A stretch of DNA of 64,000 nucleotides from an uncultured Oscillibacter sp. (GCA_900551885.1 URXS01000001.1:720-64719), one strand, 5' to 3'; shown: positions 47,852 through 57,647, counted from the first letter of the stretch. Notes: generated from the letters alone by a model not told the origin. A program made the numbers and translations.

Positions 47852-49168
47852 ATGAGCCCCATGTACCGAGAAACCGCCCACCTGCTGCTCTACAGCGACC
47901 TGGCCAAGGATGAGATCCTCATTCGTCTGGGCGACATTATCCGGGACTGGGAGAACGGCTCTGACAGAGACCTGCTGGTCCAGCGCTGCTACCGGGAGGT
48001 CAAGCGCCTCCTGGATCTGAGCACCGCCTGCGGCTTTGACGGCAATCTCTGGCACTGCTACCTGACCTGGCTGATGATGACCAATGAGAACTCCTTCACC
48101 CGCACCTGCGAGCGGGAAGGGCCCAAGGAGGGCAGCGTCAACCACTTCGCCAAAAACGACTTCGCCGTATTCCGGCGGCTGTTCGACTACGACTTTGCCC
48201 CCCTGGAACAGGACCTGGGGATTGACTGCTTCTCCACGGTCTGCAACTACACAGCCATCCCCAAGCGGGAGCGGATGTACAACCGGGACATCAGTCTCCA
48301 GGTGCGGACGCTGTGCCGCGCCCTGGAGTCTGCCCCGGACGTGGAAGAGACCTTCCGGCTGGTGACCGATTACTACCGCCAGTATGGCTACGGTGTCTTT
48401 GCCATGAGCCGCGCCTTCCGCATCCGGCGGAAGGAGGAAGGCGTGGAGTTCCTGCCCATCAGCAACATCGATCAGGTGATGCTGTCGGACCTGCTGGGCT
48501 ACGAGCAGCAAAAGACGGAGCTGCGCCGCAACACCGAGGCCTTTCTGGACGGCAAGGCCGCCAACAACGTGCTGCTGTACGGCGACGCCGGTACCGGCAA
48601 GTCCACCTCTGTCAAGGCCCTCATCAACGAGTACTACGACCGCGGGCTCCGGATGATCGAGATCTACAAGCACCAGTTCGGTGACCTGTCCGCCATCCTG
48701 GCCCACATCAAGAACCGCAACTACCGCTTCATCATCTTCATCGATGACCTGTCCTTTGAGGAAAACGAGGTGGAGTACAAGTTCCTGAAGGCCGTCATCG
48801 AGGGCGGCGTGGAAACCCGGCCGGACAACGTGCTGATCTACGCCACCTCCAACCGCCGCCACCTGATCCGGGAGACCTGGAACGACCGGACGGACATGGA
48901 GCACAACGGCGACATCCACCGCTCCGACACCATTGAGGAGAAGCTGTCTCTGGCCGCCCGCTTCGGCGTGGCCATCAACTTCAACGCCCCTACCCCCAAG
49001 GAGTACCAGCAGATCGTGCTGGCCCTGGCGGAACGGCAGGGTATCGGTGGCCTGGACCGCCAGGAGCTGCTGGCCATGTCCAACGCCTGGGAGGTCCGCC
49101 ACGGCGGCTTCTCCGGCCGGACGGCCCAGCAGTTCGTCAACTATCTCAAGAGCCTGCCGCCTCAGTGA
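47852..49168 (+). CDS. DUF815-type AAA+ ATPase
   Basis: GDAGTGKS, FIDDLSFE, YATSNRRHL, SGRTA motifs. Confidence 0.85.
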   Translation: MSPMYRETAHLLLYSDLAKDEILIRLGDIIRDWENGSDRDLLVQRCYREVKRLLDLSTACGFDGNLWHCYLTWLMMTNENSFTRTCEREGPKEGSVNHFAKNDFAVFRRLFDYDFAPLEQDLGIDCFSTVCNYTAIPKRERMYNRDISLQVRTLCRALESAPDVEETFRLVTDYYRQYGYGVFAMSRAFRIRRKEEGVEFLPISNIDQVMLSDLLGYEQQKTELRRNTEAFLDGKAANNVLLYGDAGTGKSTSVKALINEYYDRGLRMIEIYKHQFGDLSAILAHIKNRNYRFIIFIDDLSFEENEVEYKFLKAVIEGGVETRPDNVLIYATSNRRHLIRETWNDRTDMEHNGDIHRSDTIEEKLSLAARFGVAINFNAPTPKEYQQIVLALAERQGIGGLDRQELLAMSNAWEVRHGGFSGRTAQQFVNYLKSLPPQ

Positions 49169-49263
49169 GACAATGTTTCTCTCTACAGGCAATTCCAAAT
49201 ACCGCAATACGAACGCCCACCCCAAAAGGGGTGGGCGCTCGCAGTTTCTGTCGGATTTTTGAA

Positions 49264-49788
49264 TCAGGCCTGATCTTCGGCGGTAAAGTAGACGAAGAAC
49301 ACATCTCCCTCACTTCCGTCCTCAAAGAGCTCCAGATAGGAGATGGAAAAATCTTTCTCCCCTTCCGGCACCTCAAACACCAGTGTTCCGGTGCGCTCCT
49401 CGTCCACTGCCAGTTCATACTCTGTGGGCAGTTGCTGGTCGGAAACCTGGTCCATATAATAGGTGAGCGGCAACGCATAGGCGTCCTCACTGTCGTCCGT
49501 CCACTGGGCCTGGAAATCCGTGTCGAACATGGGGATGCTCTCATTGAAGGTATTCTTGACGGTCACATCCGCCACCAGCAGCCGGTAACCCTCCGCAGGG
49601 ATGTAGCCCTCGTAATCGTCACACAGGTAGGCGCTGTTGACGGTGTAGTCAAAGAACTCGGTGTGCATGGTATCTCCCATGCGTCCTTCGCCGTAGCCGT
49701 CCTGGGCCTCCCCCTCCTTGGGACCGCAGCCGGTCAGCAGCACCGCAGCCAACAGACAAATGACCCACAAAAGTCCGCTTCTCTTCAT
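49264..49788 (-). CDS. DUF4352-like lipoprotein
   Basis: Lipobox LTGC; VTVKN and GTLVFEVP motifs. Confidence 0.7.
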   Translation of the reverse strand: MKRSGLLWVICLLAAVLLTGCGPKEGEAQDGYGEGRMGDTMHTEFFDYTVNSAYLCDDYEGYIPAEGYRLLVADVTVKNTFNESIPMFDTDFQAQWTDDSEDAYALPLTYYMDQVSDQQLPTEYELAVDEERTGTLVFEVPEGEKDFSISYLELFEDGSEGDVFFVYFTAEDQA

Positions 49789-49968
49789 CGTCTTCCTCTC
49801 CTCATGATTTGTTTCATATGCCGCGGCAGGTCTTCCTGCCGAAAGCAGCCGGTTTTCAAGCGCATTCTCTGCGCCCATACTTTTCAAAATAAAAACATCC
49901 CATCTCATTTATCCTTATTTTATCAGACGTCTGTCTCTTTGAGAAGTCCCAATTTTCCTTTTGGAATT

Positions 49969-50000
49969 AAAAACGCCCCGGCTCTCACCGGGGCGTTTTT
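49969..50000. terminator. Terminator of the GntR/ABC operon
   Basis: AAAACGCCCCGG...CCGGGGCGTTTT. Confidence 0.7.
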
Positions 50001-50019
50001 ACATGCCGCATACCTTCCA

Positions 50020-51405
50020 CTAGGGCAGACGGACGGTTAGCGGAGTATCATCCTCCAGATAACAATCCACTTCCCTGTCCAGGCTGAGGTAATAGCTGCC
50101 CAGATACTCCAGGCCCTCCGGCCCGTACAGCGCCAGGAAGCAGGCACAGTTCCTGGCCAGTTCTCCGGCAAAGGCCAGCCGCTCTCCGTCGTAATCCAAC
50201 GTAGGCTCATAGTATCGGGGGTCCAGGGCCTTCTCCTCCCAGATGGCGCTGAGGCTGCCCTCCAGGGTGGCCCGGCAGGCCTGGCCCGCCGTCTCCACCA
50301 CCCGGAAGCGGTCGCTGGCCGTATCCACCACCAGGAAGTCCTCCCGCAGCCAGACATTGACCATCCTGTCATCCTCCGCCAGATTTTCCAGTACCGGCAA
50401 AGTCTGTGCGGCGGCGCCGGTTTCATCCAGCACCGTCAGGGTCAGCGTGTCACCCTGCTGGGTAAAGAGGTACATGGCGCCCTCCTCTCCCCCGCAGAGG
50501 TAGGCATACTCTACCGACGGGTCCACAGGACAAACCCGGACCGGATCCCCAAAATGGATGGTGCTGGCGTCATAGTTGTCGATGATCTTAGTGGGCGTCA
50601 GTTCCACCGGCAGGAAGTAAACGCCATAGCCCAGGGGAAAGAGGCTGGTATCCAGAGGCCGTTCTCCTGGCACAGAGCTGAAAAGGAAATAGACGCCCCC
50701 CTCCCGCACCACGGAGCAGGTGTCAAAGGGCTGCAGCGCGCCGCCGCCATATCCGGTGACGTCTCCGTTTTCATCTTTATCCACACGGATCTCAAGGGTG
50801 ACATCCTCCGGCACCGGAATGGGGAAATACTCCCGCAGCAGGGCCTGGAGCTGCAGCTCCGGGGTGTCCAGCTCCCCATCAATGACAAACCGTTCCACCT
50901 CCAGCGAGGCCGGCAGCAGTTCATCGAAGCTGTTTAATACATACAGGGGGTACACCTGGTAGTAATCCCGCAGCCGCACCACCTCCGTATAGTCCGTTGT
51001 TCCGGCGGGACAGCGGGAGGCCACATCGTTGTACGGCTTCTGCATGCCGTACTGGTCCTCGGTTTCCCAGTCCCCGTTGGTGACACCGCTGTTGCCCATC
51101 ACGTCCACCCACAGGCCCTGACTTCCATAGAAGCGGGTGCTCCTGCGTGCTTCGGCGCTGTAAGTATAGTCGGTGTGATAGGTGATCTCCGGCCCGGCAG
51201 TGATCTCCGTCTCCCAGAACAGATGCTGGTCCATGGAGGTCCGCATCTCCAGGGAGACGCCCTCCGCCCGGGCGGCGTCTCCTTGGAGCACCACCTGCTC
51301 CGCGTCCACCGCCTCCCGCTGGGCATAAATGGCTCCGTGGGACCAGACGGTGAGCCCTACGGCCAGGGCCGCCAGTACCGCCAGGATACAAAACCGAATC
51401 CGCAT
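50020..51405 (-). CDS. Hypothetical exported or anchored protein
   Basis: N-terminal hydrophobic segment, AGGAGG RBS, last gene of the operon. Confidence 0.7.
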   Translation of the reverse strand: MRIRFCILAVLAALAVGLTVWSHGAIYAQREAVDAEQVVLQGDAARAEGVSLEMRTSMDQHLFWETEITAGPEITYHTDYTYSAEARRSTRFYGSQGLWVDVMGNSGVTNGDWETEDQYGMQKPYNDVASRCPAGTTDYTEVVRLRDYYQVYPLYVLNSFDELLPASLEVERFVIDGELDTPELQLQALLREYFPIPVPEDVTLEIRVDKDENGDVTGYGGGALQPFDTCSVVREGGVYFLFSSVPGERPLDTSLFPLGYGVYFLPVELTPTKIIDNYDASTIHFGDPVRVCPVDPSVEYAYLCGGEEGAMYLFTQQGDTLTLTVLDETGAAAQTLPVLENLAEDDRMVNVWLREDFLVVDTASDRFRVVETAGQACRATLEGSLSAIWEEKALDPRYYEPTLDYDGERLAFAGELARNCACFLALYGPEGLEYLGSYYLSLDREVDCYLEDDTPLTVRLP

Positions 51406-51417
51406 AGCCGCCTCCTC

Positions 51418-52149
51418 TCACTCCGTCAGATCCGACAGAGCCTTGCTGACCCGGTCGGGGCGATAGTGGTACGTCTCCTTCACATAGGTCATCAGATCCC
51501 GGCCGGACTCCTCCAGCTCCTCCATGGAGGCATCCCCCACGATCCTGCCCTGGCGGATCAGCACCGCCCGTCCGATGAAGTTCTGGACCTCCTCCAGCAG
51601 GTGGGTGGACAGCAGCACCGTCTCCGTGGGCTCCAGGATGCCCAGCAGCACCTTGTAGAAGTCCTCCCGGTTGAACACGTCGTTTCCGGCAAAGGGCTCA
51701 TCCATGAGGATGTAGTCGGCCCCCTGGCTCAGGGCCATGATGACCTCGAACTGGTTTTTCTGGCCGGTGGAGAAATGGCGCAGGGGCTTGCCGAAGGGCA
51801 GCTCAAAAAACTCCATCAGCGCCCGGAACCGCTTGTCCCGAAAGGTGGGAAAATGGGTCTGGTAGAAGAGGCGGTGATCCTCCGCCGTGAGGCCGGGAAA
51901 GAAGGAGTGCTCGCAGGTGGCAAAGGACAACCGGGCAATGTTTTTCCCGGTGACGGGCTCCCCGTCCAGCGTGATCTCCCCCTGGAAGCGCAGCAGACCC
52001 AGGATGCACTTGAGCAGCGTGGTCTTGCCGGCGCCGTTCTCCCCGAACAAGCCCACGATCTCCCCCTGGGGAATGGACAGGGACACGCCGTCCAGGGCCC
52101 GCTTCCCATTGGGGCCGTAGCTCTTGATAATCTCATGCAATTCGATCAT
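51418..52149 (-). CDS. ABC ATPase (YtrB-like)
   Basis: GENGAGKT, FSTGQ, MDEPF, STH motifs. Confidence 0.9.
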   Translation of the reverse strand: MIELHEIIKSYGPNGKRALDGVSLSIPQGEIVGLFGENGAGKTTLLKCILGLLRFQGEITLDGEPVTGKNIARLSFATCEHSFFPGLTAEDHRLFYQTHFPTFRDKRFRALMEFFELPFGKPLRHFSTGQKNQFEVIMALSQGADYILMDEPFAGNDVFNREDFYKVLLGILEPTETVLLSTHLLEEVQNFIGRAVLIRQGRIVGDASMEELEESGRDLMTYVKETYHYRPDRVSKALSDLTE

Positions 52150-52652
52150 AGCACCCTCCAAATCTTCTGCCACTGGTCCGGGGCAAGGCACGCCGCCGGC
52201 GTACAATTCATATAAATCACGTAAAACAGCATCAGGAATACCAGAATCAGCACCAGTGCGATCAGGATAACGGTCCCGGGAATGGCCAGACACCGGCGGT
52301 GGTACTCCCACCGGTCCGGCAGCCGCCGCATCAGATACACCGGGCGGCTACCCTCCCGGTAGTGACCGGCGTAGTGAAGGGCCACCGTAACCACTGCCCA
52401 CAGCAGCACTGCCCAAAGGCCCAGGAAGCTGCCGCCGATGATCTCCGGCAGATCCGCTATCATCCTGCCTGGCGCCAAAACTTTCCGGCCATTTTCCAAG
52501 GTAAACAGCTCGGACCGGGCGCTCCAATAGCTGGACAGGAACCACACCCAAGCCAATACCGTACCGCCGCCCAATCCCCAGAAAAATTGCACAACCTCCT
52601 GTTGGGCGTCCCGGTCCGGGGGTGCCCAGTGGCTCCAGTCAATCCGTGCCAT
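52146..52652 (-). CDS. Membrane protein (permease-like)
   Basis: About 3 TM segments, YLMRRLP motif, overlaps neighbours. Confidence 0.7.
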   Translation of the reverse strand: MARIDWSHWAPPDRDAQQEVVQFFWGLGGGTVLAWVWFLSSYWSARSELFTLENGRKVLAPGRMIADLPEIIGGSFLGLWAVLLWAVVTVALHYAGHYREGSRPVYLMRRLPDRWEYHRRCLAIPGTVILIALVLILVFLMLFYVIYMNCTPAACLAPDQWQKIWRVL

Positions 52653-53349
52653 GGCGCACCTCCTTCCAGACGAAAACCAGGGCCACCACCGTGATTGCCA
52701 GTGCAAGGCCGCCTATAACGAGCCCATCAGGGCCGCTCCCTGTACTGATTGGAAAGAAGAATACCGCCAGGAACGTCACGCCGTACACCGCCATGCCGGG
52801 GACATTCCGCCGCCGCCAGAAGGACCACGCGGAGCAGGTCAGCCCCAAAGACAGAGCGAAGAGCCCGTTGCGGACATAGATGCCCCAGTCCTCCAGGGGC
52901 AAAAGGCTATGGAACAGATGATCTTGGTGCGCCGTCAGAAAGAGGGTCTGGGCGCTGGAGAACCCCTGGTTCACATGGGCGAACCACCCGCACACCCCCA
53001 GGATCAACAGCAGTTGGAATCCCATCAGGGCCAGGAAGGCCAGGGCGTAGCACAGCCCCCACAGCACCACGGTAGCCATCTCGCCTACCTGCAGCCGTCC
53101 CAGCGTATACTGACACCGGCCGCCCCGCAGGTCGCTGCCCCAGAGGCAGCAAATCGCCGCCAGAACCAGTATCGCCCCCCGGAAAGCAAGGGACAGGCTG
53201 CTATCCAGCATAAAGCGCAAAAACTCTGCACCCAGGCCCATCCCCGCCACCAATGCTGCCTCTACCGCTGTCAAAATGGCAAACAGCACCAACAGCTTTC
53301 CGGTAACACCCCGGGCCGCCAGCAGAATCACCGACCAGTACCGTCTCAT
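52639..53349 (-). CDS. Membrane protein (permease-like)
   Basis: About 6 TM segments, YTLGRL motif, overlaps gntR. Confidence 0.7.
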   Translation of the reverse strand: MRRYWSVILLAARGVTGKLLVLFAILTAVEAALVAGMGLGAEFLRFMLDSSLSLAFRGAILVLAAICCLWGSDLRGGRCQYTLGRLQVGEMATVVLWGLCYALAFLALMGFQLLLILGVCGWFAHVNQGFSSAQTLFLTAHQDHLFHSLLPLEDWGIYVRNGLFALSLGLTCSAWSFWRRRNVPGMAVYGVTFLAVFFFPISTGSGPDGLVIGGLALAITVVALVFVWKEVRHGTD

Positions 53350-53747
53350 GGTTTTTCCTCCCCCTCTGTTTCCAACGGCCCGTCCCAAAGCCGCCGGATC
53401 TCCGCCAGAGCCTCCTCCTGGGAGACCCCCATCTGCCGCATGGCCCGTACCAGGCCCCCGGCTTCCTCCGCCAGCAGCGCCCGGCGAACCCGCTCCACCG
53501 TCTCTTCGTCCGCCGCCACCAAGCTCTTGGCCCCGGTGTGGGAGGTGATGATCCCCTCTTCCTCCAGTATCCGGTAGGCCTTCTGGACCGTGTTGGGATT
53601 CACGCCCAGCAGCGCCGACAGCGTCCGGCGGGAGGGCAGCTCGTCTCCGAAGCGGATGGTGCCCGCCACCAATCCCCGCTGGATATGGCGGATGATCTGC
53701 CGGTACAGAGGGCTCCCCTCCGCCGGAACAAAACCGTCAAAGATCAC
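53346..53747 (-). CDS. GntR (YtrA subfamily) regulator
   Basis: PLYRQI, LPSRR, VNPNTVQKAY motifs. Confidence 0.92.
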   Translation of the reverse strand: MIFDGFVPAEGSPLYRQIIRHIQRGLVAGTIRFGDELPSRRTLSALLGVNPNTVQKAYRILEEEGIITSHTGAKSLVAADEETVERVRRALLAEEAGGLVRAMRQMGVSQEEALAEIRRLWDGPLETEGEEKP

Positions 53748-53797
53748 GCTGCCTCACCTCTTTCCGAAAACCGTATTATTTGAGTCATACACTTTTC

Positions 53798-53832
53798 AAC
53801 TGTATTATATCAATAACACGGTTGCCTGTCAA
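53798..53832 (-). promoter_or_regulatory. Consensus promoter overlapped by a YtrA-type palindrome
   Basis: Minus strand TTGACA-17 nt-TATAAT; imperfect palindrome AACTGTATTA-N6-TAACACGGTT. Confidence 0.7.
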
Positions 53833-54088
53833 CTGTGCATGCCCGTGCAAATTGCAACACCGCCGAATCTCCTCCGGTATTCGACAGTCCGACCGTTTAC
53901 CTGCGTGCAGTCTGTTCTTTCCAGGTCGGAGAAAAACCCGGTTGGGAAATCAGGACCCGGGACCACGGTCAACAGCAATAAAAAATGCCTACAGCCGTTG
54001 AACAGGTGAAAGTACCTGTCCAATAAGGCCATAGGCATTTTTAAAAATGGTCTGAACCTGTCTCTGGGGCTCCGCTTCTTCCTTTCCG

Positions 54089-54811
54089 TCAATCACGGAG
54101 CTTATGGCAGTATTGGGTACAAAGCTTATCTGTACACTCAGAGCATTGCAAAGCGGCGTTGGAGTGATCCCAGAACCGCTCGGGGTACATCATCACGCAC
54201 AGTTCCCACACCAGCCAAGCCACTGCGGACATGATCACAAGAGACCCGGCAAAAAAACCACCCATATAGATCAGCGGAGAGAACATCATAAGATGGTCCC
54301 AGTTAAAGATCCTGCAAGTGGTACAGCAGCGGTTTTTCATAATCAGGCGGAAGGGACACCAGATCAGCACACAGATCAAATCGCAGACATAGAACACCAC
54401 GGAGATCATAAACAGGGCGATCTTATCGATCACGCCGAAATAGTACAATTGCCCAATTACCGCAATCAGCAGACACCAGATGATAAACACCTTATATGCG
54501 GCCTTTGTCGTGGAGACTATGTAGGTACGCAGCGCATTATGGTTGATTTTTTCCCGTATGGGTCTGAAGCGGTTGGCAAAAAGTTTTTGGGAACCCAAGG
54601 GCACCTTGTTTTTGATGGGGATGATCTGGAGGAACATATCGATCACCCACACGATCCACAAAAGGTGCAGGGGCGAGAAAACCTTAAAAAAGTTTAACCC
54701 ATCCAGCACGGCAAAGAAATCCGGCCGGAATACGCACATGAGTCCACATGCAATAAGAATCAGACAGCGCCCAACCAGCCGGGCAAAGTAAATCTTTCTG
54801 GTCGCAGACAT
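54089..54811 (-). CDS. Cys-rich membrane protein of unknown function
   Basis: Multi-TM; WCPF, RCCTTC, CSECTDKLC motifs. Confidence 0.7.
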   Translation of the reverse strand: MSATRKIYFARLVGRCLILIACGLMCVFRPDFFAVLDGLNFFKVFSPLHLLWIVWVIDMFLQIIPIKNKVPLGSQKLFANRFRPIREKINHNALRTYIVSTTKAAYKVFIIWCLLIAVIGQLYYFGVIDKIALFMISVVFYVCDLICVLIWCPFRLIMKNRCCTTCRIFNWDHLMMFSPLIYMGGFFAGSLVIMSAVAWLVWELCVMMYPERFWDHSNAALQCSECTDKLCTQYCHKLRD

Positions 54812-55088
54812 TTCATCCTTCTTTCTATGGAACAAAACAGGGGAATGACAAGGTAAATTGTAAACAAGAATCGCCCGCCATTTCAAAGTATAATATATTT
54901 TTATAGGAGCAGACAAGAGGGAATCTTGTGGAGTAGTCAATTTTTGCCGCAAGCCGGCAGCTTCGGCAGAGTCCTGCCAAAAGACGCCGAAGCGATTCAC
55001 GAGAACGGCCTCTCTAGTCTGTCGGGACCGGAAAGAATGGCTGGCCAAATAAAAAGGTGGAATTCTGGTTTCAAGCTCATCAGAAAGC

Positions 55089-55120
55089 AAAACCGACTTG
55101 CATTTAGCAAGTCGGTTTTA
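55089..55120. terminator. Intrinsic terminator
   Basis: AAAACCGACTTGC ATTTA GCAAGTCGGTTTT. Confidence 0.7.
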
Positions 55121-55159
55121 CCCCATGATCAAAGAAACAGATACTGTGGCGGTCTCTGG

Positions 55160-55642
55160 TTATGCCAGCACTTTTCCCTCTGGGAACACGGAGCGAAACA
55201 CGCGGCGTACCAGAGGACCGGCAATCAAAAACTGTACAGGCAGAGCCATAATGAAATTGCGGGGGATATTTGCGAGCCAATTTCCCGGTACAGCACTCCA
55301 GTTTCCGGTGTGGAATGCGCTCTCACAGGCACCGTAGAGAGACATGATCACTACCATTCCCACTACCATAGCGCCGGAAATACAGAGAATTTTTTTCAGC
55401 GGGCCGTCATCCGGCTTGATCAGATAACGGAATGCAAACCCTTTTGCAAGCTTGGAGACCAAAAACCAGTCGCAGCACATGGCAAACAAATAGGCTATGG
55501 GGAAACCGATCCACCCGGTGACCACAATCTTCAGGTTAAAGGCTCCATACTGGAACGCCACATTATAGATACTCATCCAGAGTACCATAAAAAAGCACAT
55601 CATAACTGTGTAAATTAAGCTCTCCCGCTTATTTTGAGGCAT
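55160..55642 (-). CDS. DUF2798-like membrane protein
   Basis: MPQNKRE start, NFIMALP.Q, AGPLVR motifs. Confidence 0.7.
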   Translation of the reverse strand: MPQNKRESLIYTVMMCFFMVLWMSIYNVAFQYGAFNLKIVVTGWIGFPIAYLFAMCCDWFLVSKLAKGFAFRYLIKPDDGPLKKILCISGAMVVGMVVIMSLYGACESAFHTGNWSAVPGNWLANIPRNFIMALPVQFLIAGPLVRRVFRSVFPEGKVLA

Positions 55643-55824
55643 ATTTTCAATTTCCTTTCCAAACCTTTATATTTTGCGCAGAACGCAGCTATTATATCAT
55701 ATCTTATTTTTTCCTCGTAATTGTAGGTTCTTCTAAATCTGAAAGCACGTACTGCCGTTTTCCAGCATGGAAAAATCAAATCTTGACGAAGTGAACAGCA
55801 TGGATGCAGTTCCCATATCCGCTC

Positions 55825-56091
55825 CCAAAGCCATATCGAAGTCCAGTAAAGCGGGTTCGATTTGGAAAGAATGCGTGCCCTCTGAATTATAAAATAAGTC
55901 GGAGCAAGCGATATGATGCTTGCTCCGACGGGGAATCGGTGAAAAGTTTTGAGGACACGTCTCAGATATGCGACCAAAGCCAAATCGAAACCCAGCGCAG
56001 CGGTTGCGATTTGGAAAGGAGCCGCGACAAAATGAGTGAGAGGTGACTTTTGCAAAAAAGTGGCCGCGAACGATATGACGTCCGCGGCGAC
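55825..56091. repeat. Two degenerate copies of a double-hairpin unit
   Basis: Units at 55825-55929 and 55974-56091 share CCAAAGCCA.ATCGAA...CGATTTGGAAAG and a hairpin around CGATATGA. Confidence 0.75.
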
Positions 56092-56092
56092 A

Positions 56093-56153
56093 TGGTGGAG
56101 GTGGGGGGAGTTGAACCCCCGTCCAAAAACGCCAAACCCATTGCACTACATGC
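56093..56153 (-). pseudogene. ssrA: 3' fragment of tmRNA, prophage attachment site
   Basis: Minus strand GGAC-GGGGG-TTCAACT-CCCCC-CACCTCC-A-CCA (T arm plus Ala-type acceptor strand); no room for the 5' part; upstream extent is approximate. Confidence 0.8.
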
Positions 56154-56221
56154 AAAAAGATCAGAATGTGTGAAATTTTGAGTGAAATTAATGAGCTGAG
56201 TCCTATTTGTTTATTTTTATT

Positions 56222-57595
56222 TTACGCCAGCCCTGCCAGCTTTGCAAGGCGGTACGCCACCAGCATCAGTTGCTTCCGGGTGACGGGATCATCCAGGTGC
56301 ATCTCTCCGTCCGCATATCCGGACATAACGCCAGTCGTCTTTGCCCAGGCCTCTGCCAACCCCAGCTCTGCGGGCTCCTCCGGCGCCTCCTGGGCTTCCT
56401 CCGGCACCCAAGCAAGCCCCAGGTGTCCCACGATACCCCGGGCCTCCGCAGCGGCCACAGCGGCCCGCCAGGCGCTGTCCGTGAGGTTTTTTACGTCCTC
56501 CTGGTTGGTGTGGAATGCGTGCTCGATCAGGACCGCCGGGGCCACGGTATGCTTGAGCACATAAAGTTCCGGGTCATACACAAATGGTGTAGACCGCACC
56601 GTGACCCCCGCATCCCGGACAGCCTCCAGAATGGCAGTTGCCGCCTGCTCCCGTGCTCCACCGGCGCCGTAGAGATAGCAGCTCCACCCCCGGGCACTGG
56701 ACCACCCGCTGCCCGCAGCAGCGTTGGAGTGCAGACTGACAAACAGATCCAGGTCCTTGATATTGTTCGCAATGGCACACCGCTGCGCCAAGCTCACTGC
56801 CCCGCCGTCCAGGCGAGTTTCCGTCACGGCCACGCCGCAGCGCTCCAGGTGGTCCCGGATCCGCTTTGCCATATCCAGGGCAAATTCATGCTCATAGTAG
56901 GTGCCGTCCGGGCTCTTATTGGCCAGGTTGGATGCATCATGCCCGGCGTCCAGCACCACGGTCTTCTTCTCGCTCACAGGGTTTTCCTCCTTATCATTCA
57001 ACCACAGAAGGATCAGCGTCTGGCTGGGGTCCTTGCCCTCCATCATGATCCCGGCTGCTCTCACATACATGTTTACTTTCCGGCCCCCGTCCATCATGAC
57101 GGCAAAACGGCAGCCCTGCCCAGCCATGTAGCCCCGCAGATCCTCCGGCGTACAGGCCCCGCTGGAGCCGTCTGTGGCACCGTAGGTGATCCATTCCGTG
57201 TCGGTAAGACCCACGGCCACCCGGCCCCTGCGTCCGCCCACATCGGCCCCGTAGTAAAGCGTGGACTGGGGTTCTCCCTCCCGGACCAGCAGGCAGTTGG
57301 CCACATAGTTTCTCCGCTCACACGATCCACCGGGCGGCACTAGCACCTCCGCCACATCGGGGCCGGTATCCCAGGCAAAGGCCCAGTAGTTGTCCGCCGG
57401 CGAGGCGTAAAGCACTGTTCCGTCCGCTTTCACCGGGCACACTGGTGCCCACTTTCCAGGGTTGTAAAAAGCCGCTGTCAGGGCAATGTCCGGCTGCCGT
57501 TCCGCCACGATCTCGGAAAGCGGCTTTTTTTCACTGTTCACATAGATCTCCACCCGCCGGATGGCTGAGATCGGCGTCCGTTCGATATGTACCAT
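56222..57595 (-). CDS. Endolysin: phosphodiester-glycosidase-like domain, Amidase_3 and SLH-like tail
   Basis: MMDGG; LDAGH, E, SLHSNA, LIEH zinc motifs; GVMSGYADG..DDPVTR. Confidence 0.85.
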   Translation of the reverse strand: MVHIERTPISAIRRVEIYVNSEKKPLSEIVAERQPDIALTAAFYNPGKWAPVCPVKADGTVLYASPADNYWAFAWDTGPDVAEVLVPPGGSCERRNYVANCLLVREGEPQSTLYYGADVGGRRGRVAVGLTDTEWITYGATDGSSGACTPEDLRGYMAGQGCRFAVMMDGGRKVNMYVRAAGIMMEGKDPSQTLILLWLNDKEENPVSEKKTVVLDAGHDASNLANKSPDGTYYEHEFALDMAKRIRDHLERCGVAVTETRLDGGAVSLAQRCAIANNIKDLDLFVSLHSNAAAGSGWSSARGWSCYLYGAGGAREQAATAILEAVRDAGVTVRSTPFVYDPELYVLKHTVAPAVLIEHAFHTNQEDVKNLTDSAWRAAVAAAEARGIVGHLGLAWVPEEAQEAPEEPAELGLAEAWAKTTGVMSGYADGEMHLDDPVTRKQLMLVAYRLAKLAGLA

Positions 57596-57647
57596 AAAAT
57601 TCTCCTTTGAAGAAAGAGCCGGGCTCTGTTGAACCCGGCTCCGGAAA

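Noticed and set aside
35757..49225. Long antisense ORFs (e.g. 35757-37346, 41936-44212, 46143-47684, 47825-49225)
   Set aside because: Shadow frames of GC-rich, well-identified genes, with no motifs of their own
55825..56091. CRISPR array
   Set aside because: Only two long degenerate units, no repeat-spacer periodicity and no cas genes
56093..56170. Intact tRNA-Ala or complete tmRNA gene
   Set aside because: No D arm, anticodon arm or 5' acceptor strand upstream, and the endolysin ends at 56222, leaving no room
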